Assembly (NCBI GenBank): GCA_963664395.2
Contig: OY761159.2
Span: forward strand, 1,056,001 to 1,120,000
Direction of reading: 5' to 3'
DNA: 64,000 nt
Origin: Candidatus Binatia bacterium
GTDB taxonomy: Bacteria; Desulfobacterota; Binatia; Bin18
Under the pieces are notes generated by a model, which made no database searches, had not been told where the DNA came from, and was given only the letters and a program-made list of their open reading frames with translations. The translations under genes and the position numbers were made by a program. Shown here piece after piece: positions 1 through 9,454 of the stretch; position 1 is the stretch's first letter, and each line of letters opens with the position of its first letter.

Positions 1-836
1 CCTCCGGCCCCCTCAACGTGATACATATGGATCGTCCGCCCGGCGATCGCGGCCAGCGTGTCCTCACAATAGCCAGCCTCGTTGATGGTATCGGTATGGA
101 GTTGGACTTGAAAGTCGTATTGATCCGCAACCGTGAGCGCGCAGTCTATGGTGGCCGGCATGGCTCCGAAATCTTCGTGAACCTTGATGCCAATCGCCCC
201 GCCGGCCACACTCTCCTCAATCGCCGCTCCCGCGTGAGAGTTGCCTCGTCCCAGAAAGCCAAAATTCAATGGATACTGTTCACAGGCCTTCAGCATCTTG
301 GCCAGATTGTTCGGCCCCGCACAGCTGATATCAAAATGCGGCCCCATGGTTCCGCCAATGATGGTCGTAATGCCGCTGGCCAGGGCGTGTTCACACTGCT
401 GCGGACACAGGAAGTGGGCGTGCGCTTCCACTCCCCCTGGGGTAATGATCAGACCATCGCCGTGCACGATGGTCGTACACGGACCGCAGATCAGTTCAGG
501 CCGGACACCATCTTGGATAGCGGGATTCCCGGCTTTTCCCACCCCAACGATCTTGCCGTCCTTAATGCCAATATCGCCCTTCACAATGCCCAGCACCGGG
601 TCAATGATCGTGGCGTTTTGGACAACCATATCCAGCCCGCCTGACGCCGCGGTCGTGTGGGCGTGAAATCCCATCCCGTCGCGCATCACCTTGCCAGCGC
701 CAGTCATACACTCATCACCATAGACAGCATGATCGTGCTCAACCTCGGCCAGCAGCGAGGTGTCGCCCAGACGCACCATATCCCCCTGTGTTGGCCCATA
801 CGTAGCCGCATAGGCCGCGCGTGTCAGTCTTGCCAT
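1..836 (-). CDS. ureC: urease subunit alpha (divergent), 3' part beyond window edge
   Basis: Not in ORF track (runs off edge). Manual translation from ATG 836: [26 protein letters not shown]...GVGKAGNP...[10 protein letters not shown]...KVHEDFG...[10 protein letters not shown]...HMYHVEGAG; RBS GGAGAG upstream. Confidence 0.95.
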   Translation of the reverse strand, partial: MARLTRAAYAATYGPTQGDMVRLGDTSLLAEVEHDHAVYGDECMTGAGKVMRDGMGFHAHTTAASGGLDMVVQNATIIDPVLGIVKGDIGIKDGKIVGVGKAGNPAIQDGVRPELICGPCTTIVHGDGLIITPGGVEAHAHFLCPQQCEHALASGITTIIGGTMGPHFDISCAGPNNLAKMLKACEQYPLNFGFLGRGNSHAGAAIEESVAGGAIGIKVHEDFGAMPATIDCALTVADQYDFQVQLHTDTINEAGYCEDTLAAIAGRTIHMYHVEGAG

Positions 837-849
837 AATGCAGTCTCTC

Positions 850-1554
850 CTATGCGCCCTTAAAGCCTTGTTCTTTGGCCCGTTGGAGAGCGGCCTGCTT
901 GACCGCTTCGGAATGAATGGACCCATTCGTGAGATTATTGAGACCGGTGACTTCTCCGGTACCACCAATTGTGACCAACCGGGCTTCTTTCTTCATGCCG
1001 GGCTCAAAACGCACAGACGCGCCAGCCGGCACGTCCAGACGCATGCCAAACGCCCGCGCCCGCTCAAACTCCAGGGCTTTATTGGCTTCAAAGAAATGAA
1101 AATGACTGGCGACTTGGATGGCGCGATCCCCGGTATTGATGACATCGAGGGTGAGTGTTGCGCGGCCCTGGTTGAGTGCGATCTCTTCATCCGGCGTGAT
1201 GATCGCGCCCGGTCGCCCATAGGGAGATTCAGGCAGAGGCTCGGAGCCGGGTCGGATCGGATTATACACGGCAATGAGCCTAGTCCCGTCCGCGAACAGC
1301 CCATCCACCATAACCCGGGACACCAGCTCAGCAACGTTGGGCAGCACGTCATCGGTCGTCAGTAGAGTGGACCCCAGGCTCACGAGTTCGGCTACCGATT
1401 TGCCCTCACGCGCGCCCTCAAGCAGCTCATCCGTGATATAGGCAGTGGCTTCGGCGGTATTGAGCTTGAGCCCTTTGGCCTTATGGCGGCGCGCAAGTTC
1501 GGCCGCCATAAAAATAGTCAAGCGTTCGTTTTCTGTGGGTGTGAGGTTGAGCAT
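850..1554 (-). CDS. ureAB: fused urease gamma/beta subunit
   Basis: Gamma part [12 protein letters not shown]...KGLKLN.AEA...F.DGT.L; beta part [19 protein letters not shown]...[17 protein letters not shown]; start set at ATG 1554 with GGGGGA RBS. Confidence 0.93.
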   Translation of the reverse strand: MLNLTPTENERLTIFMAAELARRHKAKGLKLNTAEATAYITDELLEGAREGKSVAELVSLGSTLLTTDDVLPNVAELVSRVMVDGLFADGTRLIAVYNPIRPGSEPLPESPYGRPGAIITPDEEIALNQGRATLTLDVINTGDRAIQVASHFHFFEANKALEFERARAFGMRLDVPAGASVRFEPGMKKEARLVTIGGTGEVTGLNNLTNGSIHSEAVKQAALQRAKEQGFKGA

Positions 1555-1592
1555 TGTTATTCCCCCTGGAGATAAAGCCTGCGCTGGGCGGG

Positions 1593-2279
1593 TCAATTCG
1601 CAAACAAGCGCGTCGCCTGCGTCTCATGCCGCATCATGGCAATATCCGCAACTGGCGTAAAGCTTGTTAACAATTCAGGCAGGGGTCCGGAAAGAAGTGT
1701 GAGCACGGTCTGTCGTGTCTGCTGAACAATCAGTTGCGCCTGTATATGACTGATAAAGCCGAGCCGGATGGCGACACTCACAAACGCCACGCATTGGATA
1801 TGTCCGGACAGCAGCGTGGCAGTTTCTTCGTCCAGCCCGACCCCTCTCCAGACAAGGCCCTGAACGACAGGGATATGCCCCCACGCCTGCCCGGCTTTGA
1901 CCGCATCCAAATAGGCGGCTGCGTGGGGCGTCCGGAGCCGGGCATGAACGCGCAACAAGGCACGTCCGGTACGACGCGATACGGCACGCAGTTCACGCAC
2001 AAGCGCGAGAGCTTCCACTGCTGCATCAATCCTGGCAATCTCCTCCAGATCGTTTTGGTTGCGGCCCTGTGCCCGATGGGCGCGAATGAGGGCGGGTCGG
2101 TCACACCTTGCCCAACGATGTCGGAGTTGGCCTTGGACGAAGTGCAGCAGTGTATCAGCGTCATGCACGTAGACATCTGCGAACAGCGTCTCCAGTCCCC
2201 ACGAAGCGGCAAAGCCACCGCTGGGGAAAAAGCTATCACCGTGTTGTAGAGCAGTCAGCAGTGCCGTCGGGTCAGTCAT
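1593..2279 (-). CDS. ureF: urease accessory protein UreF
   Basis: LQHGDSFFPSGGFAASWGLE N-terminus and HETQATRLFAN C-terminus. Confidence 0.93.
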   Translation of the reverse strand: MTDPTALLTALQHGDSFFPSGGFAASWGLETLFADVYVHDADTLLHFVQGQLRHRWARCDRPALIRAHRAQGRNQNDLEEIARIDAAVEALALVRELRAVSRRTGRALLRVHARLRTPHAAAYLDAVKAGQAWGHIPVVQGLVWRGVGLDEETATLLSGHIQCVAFVSVAIRLGFISHIQAQLIVQQTRQTVLTLLSGPLPELLTSFTPVADIAMMRHETQATRLFAN

Positions 2280-2721
2280 GTTCCACTCGCTTCACTCTGC
2301 CACTCGTCAGGAAAGGCACCAGCCGATCAAGATACTCATCTTCCGGTCCTTCTTTGGCAATCAGAATCTGACTATTCGAGAATTTGACGCGCCAATGCAT
2401 GTTGCCGGCAAGATAACCCAACTCAAGTGCGGCGGACGTATCAATGGGACAAAAGGTCAGCCAGGTCTCATCTGTCATCCGAACGACGATGGCCTTATCG
2501 TCTTCGAGATATAGCACAGCTCCGTCACTCAAATATTCATCACGACGCAGAGCAATGGCCACATCCGTCCCGCTATCCGTTGTCGCCCGCAAGCGATGTC
2601 GCTTGGCGTCAGCCCGATCAAGGAGCAGGGTTTCCAGTCCAGCAGCATGGCTGATTGTGTGGAGCCGTTCCGCTATCTCTGGATCAGCGGCATAGCCCAG
2701 GATTGTCGTGATGCGTAGCAT
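2272..2721 (-). CDS. ureE: urease accessory protein UreE (no His-rich tail)
   Basis: R.R.TTDSG...L.DG.VL and LGYLAGNMHW motif; overlaps ureF start. Confidence 0.88.
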   Translation of the reverse strand: MLRITTILGYAADPEIAERLHTISHAAGLETLLLDRADAKRHRLRATTDSGTDVAIALRRDEYLSDGAVLYLEDDKAIVVRMTDETWLTFCPIDTSAALELGYLAGNMHWRVKFSNSQILIAKEGPEDEYLDRLVPFLTSGRVKRVEHD

Positions 2722-2748
2722 TCCTGCTCTCAGTCTCTCTGCGTTGAC

Positions 2749-3051
2749 CTAGCCACGGGCCGTTTTTGCCATAAACGCGCCAGTGGCAATCAAGCAGCCT
2801 CCACTCAAACACCGGGGCCAACGGAATCGGGTGGGCTGCTGAAAAAAGAGTGTGGCTCTACTGGCCAAGACGGCATAGACAGTCAACACCACAAAGACGA
2901 TGAAGATATATGTTACTCCAAGAATAATCTGCTGGCGGACCACATCGGCCCCTGAATCTACGAACTGAGAGAAGAGCGAGAAATAGAACAGCGGGGAGGC
3001 AATAACCAGGAAGGCCGTAAAGATAAAGGCCAGATAGAATTCAATCGTCAT
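2749..3051 (-). pseudogene. LysE/RhtB family exporter with internal in-frame deletion
   Basis: N-terminal MTIEFYLAF...ASP joins directly to the C-terminal half LFYFSLFSQFVD...; 100 aa versus ~200 aa for the family. Confidence 0.75.
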
Positions 3052-3080
3052 ACTGCTTCCTCATTATCTGAGGCCGGCTT

Positions 3081-4541
3081 ATGACACAAACTCGCCTTTG
3101 GCCAGACTCCCTTCTCTCCATTCCCCAAAGGGAGAGGAAAAAGACAAAACCCGCTATGGTAGCGGTGCGTATGACTCCCCCTGCCGCTTCTCCAGACACA
3201 CATCCATTCGTCCACCGTCCCCACCACACATTCATGACCTTCACCTTACCAGTCATGGCCTCCCTGGTAGTCGAGCCGTTTGCAAGCTTGGTTGATACCG
3301 CTTTTGTGGAACGGCTGGGCGTGGCGTCAGCAGCCGGGCTGGGCGCGGCAACTGCGCTGATGTCCGGCGTCCTGTGGATTTTCAATTTCTTGGGCGTAGG
3401 CACGCAAACGGAGGTGGCGCACGCCATCGGGGCAGGCAAGGCGCAACGAGTCGGGAGTGTCGCCAGTCTCGGTTTGATACTCGCCGTCCTTTTAGGACTG
3501 GGCCTGACGTTGCTCACCTGGCCGGGAGTAGAACGTTTCTCTATCTGGATGAGTACGGATATCACTGTTCAAACAGACGCGCAGGTGTATCTCACAATTC
3601 GGCTCCTCGGGGTTGTTCCCAGTCTCGTCGTGACGGCGGCTTTTGGCGTGCTGCGTGGGCTGCAAGATATGAGAATGCCGCTGTGGATCGCTGGGGGGAT
3701 GAGTCTGGTCAATATCGTTCTGGACCCTATTTTGATTTTCGGAATTGGCTCGATTCCGGCACTAGGCATTGCTGGCGCCGCCTGGGCAACGATCCTGAGC
3801 CAGTTTATTGGCATGGCGTGGGCACTTTGGGTTATTGCCAAGCAGACAAAGCTGACTTCTGATTTTGACTGGCATCGGACGCGTCGTTTTTTTCTGATTG
3901 GCCGCGACTTGGCACTCCGCACAGGCTTCGCTCAGATCTTTATGCTGGCCTCAACGTGGACGGCCCTTCAGATTAGCGTCGAGGCCGGGGCAGCGCATCA
4001 AGCCCTGCGTCAGTTGTGGATGTTCTTGGCCTTTCTGCTGGATGCCTACGCCGTCACGGCCCAAAGTCTGATTGGCTATTTCCTTGGCGCGACACGTATG
4101 GACATGGCTCGACGGGCCGCCCGTCTGGCGTGTTGGTGGGCTCTGAGTACCGGCGGCCTTCTTTTACTCGTCCTTGTGGTCTTTGATAATCTCATTGCGT
4201 TTCTTTTAGTCCCTCCGAGCACCCACTCTCTTTTCCTGACCGGACTGCTCATCTGCGCCTTGACCCAGCCACTCAACGCGCTGTCCTTTGTCACCGATGG
4301 TATTCATTGGGGAACTGGCGATTATGCTTATCTGCGTAATGCGATGAGCGCCGCCACGGGTACCGGCGTTCTTTTCCTTATGCTTATCGACCCTACGCAC
4401 ACGCAGGCATTTACGCAGGTATGGCTGGCTATGACCATCTGGATCGTCATCCGTTCGACGTTTGGCCTCCTGCGCGTGTGGCCGGGAATAGGCAATGCGG
4501 TCCTGCGGCTGTCAGCACCACGCTCGGCGGCCCGTCGGTAG
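3081..4541 (+). CDS. MATE family efflux transporter (DinF-like); true start may be 3156 or later
   Basis: EPFASLVDTAFV, G.LRGLQD.R.P, NIVLDPILIFG...GIAGAAWAT; multiple TM segments. Confidence 0.92.
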   Translation: MTQTRLWPDSLLSIPQRERKKTKPAMVAVRMTPPAASPDTHPFVHRPHHTFMTFTLPVMASLVVEPFASLVDTAFVERLGVASAAGLGAATALMSGVLWIFNFLGVGTQTEVAHAIGAGKAQRVGSVASLGLILAVLLGLGLTLLTWPGVERFSIWMSTDITVQTDAQVYLTIRLLGVVPSLVVTAAFGVLRGLQDMRMPLWIAGGMSLVNIVLDPILIFGIGSIPALGIAGAAWATILSQFIGMAWALWVIAKQTKLTSDFDWHRTRRFFLIGRDLALRTGFAQIFMLASTWTALQISVEAGAAHQALRQLWMFLAFLLDAYAVTAQSLIGYFLGATRMDMARRAARLACWWALSTGGLLLLVLVVFDNLIAFLLVPPSTHSLFLTGLLICALTQPLNALSFVTDGIHWGTGDYAYLRNAMSAATGTGVLFLMLIDPTHTQAFTQVWLAMTIWIVIRSTFGLLRVWPGIGNAVLRLSAPRSAARR

Positions 4542-4559
4542 AAAAATGTAAACCTCACC

Positions 4560-4946
4560 TTACCCGCCCATTTCCGCGATGCGCAGCGCCATCCATTCTA
4601 CGTACGCCGTACGGGTCATGCCGCGCCTGCGCGCCTCGCCGTCGATAAAGGCAGCGACGCCCTCATCAAGCGTCATATGGGTGCGCACGCTCCGACCCGA
4701 GAGACGGATCAACGGAACGGATATAAGAGTCTGCCCGGCCAGGGGTTCCACCCACTCCAGAGCGCTTGGCGGCGTGACCGCCTCGCCGTCCTTTTCCGCC
4801 TCAATCACATAATCGCGAAGCGCTTCCTCAGCGTTTACCATTGCCTCGTCAATGGTTTTTCCCATGGCGACGATGCCGGGAAGGTCGGGAAACGTAACAC
4901 CATAGTTGCCTTTTTCGCCATCGATCAATGCGGGATACCGGACCAT
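4560..4946 (-). CDS. hicB: HicB family antitoxin
   Basis: YGVTFPDLPG..A.G.T.DEA..NAEEAL plus C-terminal RHH-like segment. Confidence 0.93.
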   Translation of the reverse strand: MVRYPALIDGEKGNYGVTFPDLPGIVAMGKTIDEAMVNAEEALRDYVIEAEKDGEAVTPPSALEWVEPLAGQTLISVPLIRLSGRSVRTHMTLDEGVAAFIDGEARRRGMTRTAYVEWMALRIAEMGG

Positions 4947-4970
4947 GCTGGGGTTCTCCTCCAGGGTCGA

Positions 4971-5159
4971 TTATTCCGGCCAGCCCACCTTTTTCGCGAT
5001 TGAGCGGGCGACGCCGGGAGACACTATCGTATGCCTGGGGAGGGTAATGATTCCCTTGATAGACGGGTGCCGATAGATGTCATGACCGGAGCCACGACGC
5101 GCCAGATACCATCCGTCCTTTTCCAGCTCGCGTCTGATCCGGTCCGTTTTAGTTTCCAT
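4971..5159 (-). CDS. hicA: HicA family toxin
   Basis: LEKDGWYLARRGSGHDIYRHP...LPRH...GVARSI.K; upstream of hicB. Confidence 0.9.
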   Translation of the reverse strand: METKTDRIRRELEKDGWYLARRGSGHDIYRHPSIKGIITLPRHTIVSPGVARSIAKKVGWPE

Positions 5160-5334
5160 TACCGCTTTTCTTTTGCACATATATATGCACCTTTTCGCGA
5201 GAATATATCAAGCCGTTTCGCGCAAAAAATGGGATTGAGAGCTACACATGGGCGTATTAGGGTAACAGCAGGGCTGGAATTTGCTGCGAAGATTATTGCG
5301 AAGATTATATTGAAAGACTGGCAAGGAGGCTGTG

Positions 5335-5787
5335 ATGTCTACCCCGTTCTCTGGTGGTTGCGCGTGTGGCGCGATTCGGTATGAATGTACGGTTGACCCT
5401 GTTTTTTCGTGGAATTGCCACTGTCGGGATTGTCAACGCGCAAGCGGCAGTGCGTTTTGCCCGGTTTCATATGTCCCCAAGACTGCGCTGACTGCGCTCT
5501 CCAGCACCAGAGCAGTCGCCTATTATGAAGTGAAGGCAGAAAGCGGGAATACCGTCCGGCGCGGTTTTTGTCCGCAGTGCGGCTCGCCGGTCTTTATCCT
5601 GGCCGAGCTTGTTCCTGACCTGATAGGCGTCTGGGCCGCAAGCCGAGATGAGCCGGGTCAGTTTCAGCCTGCGGTCAATGTCTGGACCGCGAGCGGGCAT
5701 CCCTGGGATGTGATGCATGCAGCCCTGCCGGCCTGTCCGAAAGCCCCGACCGAAACGGAGATGCAGAAGATACTGGGCTCTCAGTGA
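5335..5787 (+). CDS. GFA (glutathione-dependent formaldehyde-activating / CENP-V) family protein
   Basis: GGCACGAIRY, CHCRDCQR, FCPQCGS Zn motifs; GGAGG RBS. Confidence 0.92.
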   Translation: MSTPFSGGCACGAIRYECTVDPVFSWNCHCRDCQRASGSAFCPVSYVPKTALTALSSTRAVAYYEVKAESGNTVRRGFCPQCGSPVFILAELVPDLIGVWAASRDEPGQFQPAVNVWTASGHPWDVMHAALPACPKAPTETEMQKILGSQ

Positions 5788-5887
5788 TCGGATGCTCTTT
5801 TATTCCCATTCATCTTTCCAACAACACGTCAATAACCAACCGAAGGGATTGGGCGAAGGTCCAGGTGTAAAGATTCCGCATTCTCCC

Positions 5888-5917
5888 TTGACGTGGCTCA
5901 AGCATTTTTCATACAGT
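5888..5917 (+). promoter_or_regulatory. putative sigma70 promoter for the ridA-amidase unit
   Basis: TTGACG-N18-TACAGT upstream of 5951. Confidence 0.35.
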
Positions 5918-5950
5918 CAGGATTAATCACACCTAAAAAGGAGACGGGCT

Positions 5951-6358
5951 ATGATCACACGCAGCAACCCGGATGTGGGCTATATTGCGGACGAGGTATT
6001 CCAGACATACGCGTTCACCCAAAACATCAAAGCGGGCAACACGCTTTACCTGTCGGGAGTCACTCCCCTCAAGGGCGACCTTGAAAATGTTGAGGTAGTA
6101 GGCGCCGGAGATATGCGTGCCCAGGTCGCACAAACCCTGGAGATCGTGAAGCGTTGTCTAGCCGCTGAGGGAGCTACTTTCAAAAACTGGGTCGTCCAAA
6201 CAGTCTATACCACGAACATGGCTGAGCTCCAGAAAACGGCCGACGTCTTTCGAGAGGCGTTTGGGGGCTACTCGCCGACGAGTACCTGGGTAGAGATCAA
6301 AGGGTTATTTCATCCCGAACAGATGATCGAGATCAGTGGGATTGCTATTTTAGACTGA
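5951..6358 (+). CDS. RidA/YjgF family protein
   Basis: GNTLYLSG, Q..Q.L, P.STWVEIKGLFHPEQMIEI. Confidence 0.9.
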   Translation: MITRSNPDVGYIADEVFQTYAFTQNIKAGNTLYLSGVTPLKGDLENVEVVGAGDMRAQVAQTLEIVKRCLAAEGATFKNWVVQTVYTTNMAELQKTADVFREAFGGYSPTSTWVEIKGLFHPEQMIEISGIAILD

Positions 6359-6425
6359 GCCGTTCGTCTTTGGCTGAACGGCAACCACGTTCCTTGTTTA
6401 TAGCCTTTCCCGAAGGAGTTACATC

Positions 6426-7871
6426 ATGTCAGATCAATTCGCTCATCTCGATGCCACCGCCCAAGCGGAACTCATCCGAAAAGGTGAAGCCACACCACTT
6501 GAGCTTGTTGATGCCGCGATTGCCCGGGTAGAAAAACTCAACCCTCAGCTCAACGCGGTGATTCACCCGTTGTTTGAAAAGGCACGCACCCAAGCCCAGG
6601 CCGCAGACCTGCCGGACGGTCCCTTTCGAGGCGTTCCGTTTGTGATGAAAGACTTACTCGGGGGTCCGGCAGGAGAGCCGTTGCATAATGGGATGCAGTT
6701 CCTTAAACGGCTGAACTTCACCTCACCGCAAGACACCTATCTGTCGGTAAAGTTTCGTCAGGCCGGCTTTATCAGCGTTGGTCGGACCAACACGCCGGAG
6801 TGGGGGCTGATGGGCACGACCGAACCGGCGGCCTATGGTCCGACCCATAACCCCTGGAATCTCGATCATTCTTCTGGTGGCTCAAGCGGCGGGAGTTCTG
6901 CTTCTGTCGCTGCCCGTATTGTCGCCGTCGGGCATGGTGGCGATGGTGGTGGGTCGCTGCGCATTCCAGCCAGTATGTGTGGCATTGTTGGTCTCAAACC
7001 AAGTCGTGGCCGGGTCTCGTTTGGTCCTGGTATGGGCGAGTGCTGGCATGGGATGGCCAACGAAGGCGTGATGACGCTTTCGGTCCGCGACATGGCGGGC
7101 GTGCTCGATAGTATGCACGGCGTCATGCCCGGCGACCCCTATGCCGCTCCCACGCCGCTACGCCCGTACGCCGACGAGGTCGGGCGCGACCCCGGCAGGC
7201 TGCGTATCGGCCTCATGCTCCAGCGGCCTCGCAACGATGCGCCGCTGCATCCGGAATGCAAAATCGCAGTCGAGCAGACTGGCAAGCTGCTCGAATCGTT
7301 CGGCCATACGGTCGAGATCGCGCATCCCGAAGCGTATGACGAAGCAGAGTGGATTGACCACTGGACCCATGTTGTCAATGCGCACTCAGCCCTGACTGCG
7401 GACGAGATCGAAGCCGCCGCCGGACAGAGAATTGGCGAAGGCGATATTGAGCCGTATGCCTGGCGTTTCGTGGAAGAGGGCCGCAAAATTTCTGCAACCA
7501 GTTATCTTTCATCGATGAACTGGCTGCACGCCTGGGCACGACGCCTGGCAAGTTGGTGGGTCAGTGGCTTTGATCTCCTGGTTACCCCAACTCTTGGCGA
7601 GCCACCCCCGCGCTTAGGCGATATGGGCGGGCCAAGCAATGACAACCTCGCCAAGTGGGAACGCAATCTTGAGGTCATTCCCTTCACGCCGGCGAATAAT
7701 GCCTCAGGCCAGCCAGGTCTGTCGCTGCCGCTCCATTGGACCCCGGACGGCTTGCCGGTCGGGGTGCATTTTGTGCCGGCCTATGGCCAGGAGGATTTGC
7801 TGCTGCGGATCGGCTCCCAGATCGAGCAGGCCCAGCCATGGATGGACAAGCGTCCGCCGGTGTGTGCGTAA
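6426..7871 (+). CDS. amidase-signature family amidase (NylA-like)
   Basis: GVPFVMKDL (Lys), GGSSGGS, GDGGGSLRIPAS (Ser-cisSer-Lys triad). Confidence 0.95.
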   Translation: MSDQFAHLDATAQAELIRKGEATPLELVDAAIARVEKLNPQLNAVIHPLFEKARTQAQAADLPDGPFRGVPFVMKDLLGGPAGEPLHNGMQFLKRLNFTSPQDTYLSVKFRQAGFISVGRTNTPEWGLMGTTEPAAYGPTHNPWNLDHSSGGSSGGSSASVAARIVAVGHGGDGGGSLRIPASMCGIVGLKPSRGRVSFGPGMGECWHGMANEGVMTLSVRDMAGVLDSMHGVMPGDPYAAPTPLRPYADEVGRDPGRLRIGLMLQRPRNDAPLHPECKIAVEQTGKLLESFGHTVEIAHPEAYDEAEWIDHWTHVVNAHSALTADEIEAAAGQRIGEGDIEPYAWRFVEEGRKISATSYLSSMNWLHAWARRLASWWVSGFDLLVTPTLGEPPPRLGDMGGPSNDNLAKWERNLEVIPFTPANNASGQPGLSLPLHWTPDGLPVGVHFVPAYGQEDLLLRIGSQIEQAQPWMDKRPPVCA

Positions 7872-7872
7872 A

Positions 7873-8025
7873 CCCTCACCCCGGCCCTCTCCCTGCGGGA
7901 GAGAGAAATTTTTGTAGGGTGCGCCCTGCGCACCAGCAGGTTGGCGCGGGTGCATAGCGGGTGCATATGATGATACGGTCAGAAGAAACCCACCCCGGCC
8001 TTCGGCCACCCCTCCGAGGAGGGGA
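7873..8025. repeat. cluster of REP-like palindromes
   Basis: CCCTCACCCCGGCCCTCTCCCTGCGGGAGAG (from 7873); GTAG-GGTGCGCCCTGCGCACC (7914-7934); CCCACCCCGGCCTTCGGCCACCCCTCCGAGGAGGGG (7989-8024). Confidence 0.75.
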
Positions 8026-8088
8026 GCTGAATGAAGAGTTTGGCCAAGAAATGAGTATTAATTCCGTAAAACGTAAGGAGGGAATATC

Positions 8089-8523
8089 ATGGCGACGAAA
8101 AAGGCAACGCAAAAGACCACAACCGCGCAGGACGCAGCCGTTCCAAAAATTATTGATCCGGGCTGGAGCTGGGACGATAAGCTGCCATTAGCCCAAGCCA
8201 AACAAATCGGCAACACCATCTATGTGTCCGGACAGATCGCTTTCAACCCGCAGGGGAGACTCGTGGGCAAAGGCAATATGAAAGCCCAGACGCGTCAGGT
8301 CTTCCGCAATATCAAGGCGGTCCTTGCTGCGGCGGGCGCGAAGATGGAGCATATTATAAAAATCAATACCTATATCACCGACGGCAGCAAGTTCATGGAG
8401 ATGCTCGAAGCGCGCGGAGACATCTTCGGCGACAATCCACCGGCCAGTACCGCCGTTGTGGTGGCCGGCCTGGCCTTTCCGGGACTCCTGATTGAGGTCG
8501 AAGCGATTGCCGTCAAGCCGTAA
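8089..8523 (+). CDS. RidA/YjgF family protein
   Basis: IGNTIYVSGQIA, QTRQVFRN, PPASTAV.V.GL.FPGLLIEVEA. Confidence 0.92.
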   Translation: MATKKATQKTTTAQDAAVPKIIDPGWSWDDKLPLAQAKQIGNTIYVSGQIAFNPQGRLVGKGNMKAQTRQVFRNIKAVLAAAGAKMEHIIKINTYITDGSKFMEMLEARGDIFGDNPPASTAVVVAGLAFPGLLIEVEAIAVKP

Positions 8524-9454
8524 CGCCGCGCTTCTCGATCAGACCCGGAACCCGCAGCACCTCAAGGGCTTGCTGCTCATGCTCGGCGCAAGTTTGTGCT
8601 GGAGCACGGGCGGCCTGTTTGTTCGCTCCGTCAGCATCCCCAATAGTTGGGAGATTGCCTTCTGGCGCTCGCTCGCCATGGGGGTGTTCCTTTTCGTCTG
8701 GCTCGCCTTTCGTTACGCGGGCAACGTGCGACGAGCGGTCGGCGCCATCGGGCTGGGCGGCTTCCTGGCTGGCCTGTGTCTGGCCGCCTCATTCCTGGGT
8801 TTCATTCTCGCCGTCACCCAGACAACGGTGGCGCATACCCTCGTCATTATCAGCACCTCGCCCTTTCTTGCTGCGCTTCTTGGCCGGGTGTTTCTCGGGG
8901 AGCTGGTTCCGGCACGTCGCTACGTTGCCATGAGTATTGCCCTGACCGGCATCATCGCCATGTGTCTCGATTCTTTCACCGTCGGGACGCTGGCCGGGAG
9001 TGTCATAGCCGCTGGCGTTGCGGTCGCCTTTGCCGTCTGTGTGGTTTTGCTGCGTCACAGTCAGGCCCGAGCCGATATGACGCCGGCCATTCTGGTTGCT
9101 GCGCTCATCTCCAGCGCTGTGGCCCTGCCCTTCAGTCTGCCGTTTCAGGCCGCGTGGCAGGACATCGGCATATTGGCATGTATGGGTACCGTTCAGGGCG
9201 GGCTGGGATGCCTGCTCATGACGCTGGCGGCACGACATATTACCGCGGTCGAAGTCAGTCTTCTGGCCCTCCTGGAAACGATCCTTGGTCCGCTGTGGGT
9301 GTGGATCGGCGTGGGGGAACGACCCAGCGATCTTGCCATTGTTGGCGGTCTGGTTGTGGTTGCCTCGTTGGCCCTGAACGAACTCCTGGGCCTGTACGGA
9401 CAAAGCCGCACAGTGGAAGCACCGGCTGCACTGCCCTCAGGTCAATCCGTGTGA
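8492..9454 (+). CDS. DMT/EamA family transporter (start uncertain, TTG 8492 or 8507)
   Basis: About 10 hydrophobic helices; LCWSTGG, FLGE, LLE.ILGPLWVW..VGE.P. Confidence 0.9.
   Translation: MRSKRLPSSRNAALLDQTRNPQHLKGLLLMLGASLCWSTGGLFVRSVSIPNSWEIAFWRSLAMGVFLFVWLAFRYAGNVRRAVGAIGLGGFLAGLCLAASFLGFILAVTQTTVAHTLVIISTSPFLAALLGRVFLGELVPARRYVAMSIALTGIIAMCLDSFTVGTLAGSVIAAGVAVAFAVCVVLLRHSQARADMTPAILVAALISSAVALPFSLPFQAAWQDIGILACMGTVQGGLGCLLMTLAARHITAVEVSLLALLETILGPLWVWIGVGERPSDLAIVGGLVVVASLALNELLGLYGQSRTVEAPAALPSGQSV

Noticed and set aside
18-1365. Plus-strand ORFs 18-644, 241-666, 838-1365
   Set aside because: Antisense shadows of ureC/ureAB
8647-9450. N-terminal 268 aa of the 509-aa ORF 8647-10176
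   Set aside because: Out-of-frame overlap with the DMT gene; the GT2 domain starts at GTG 9451
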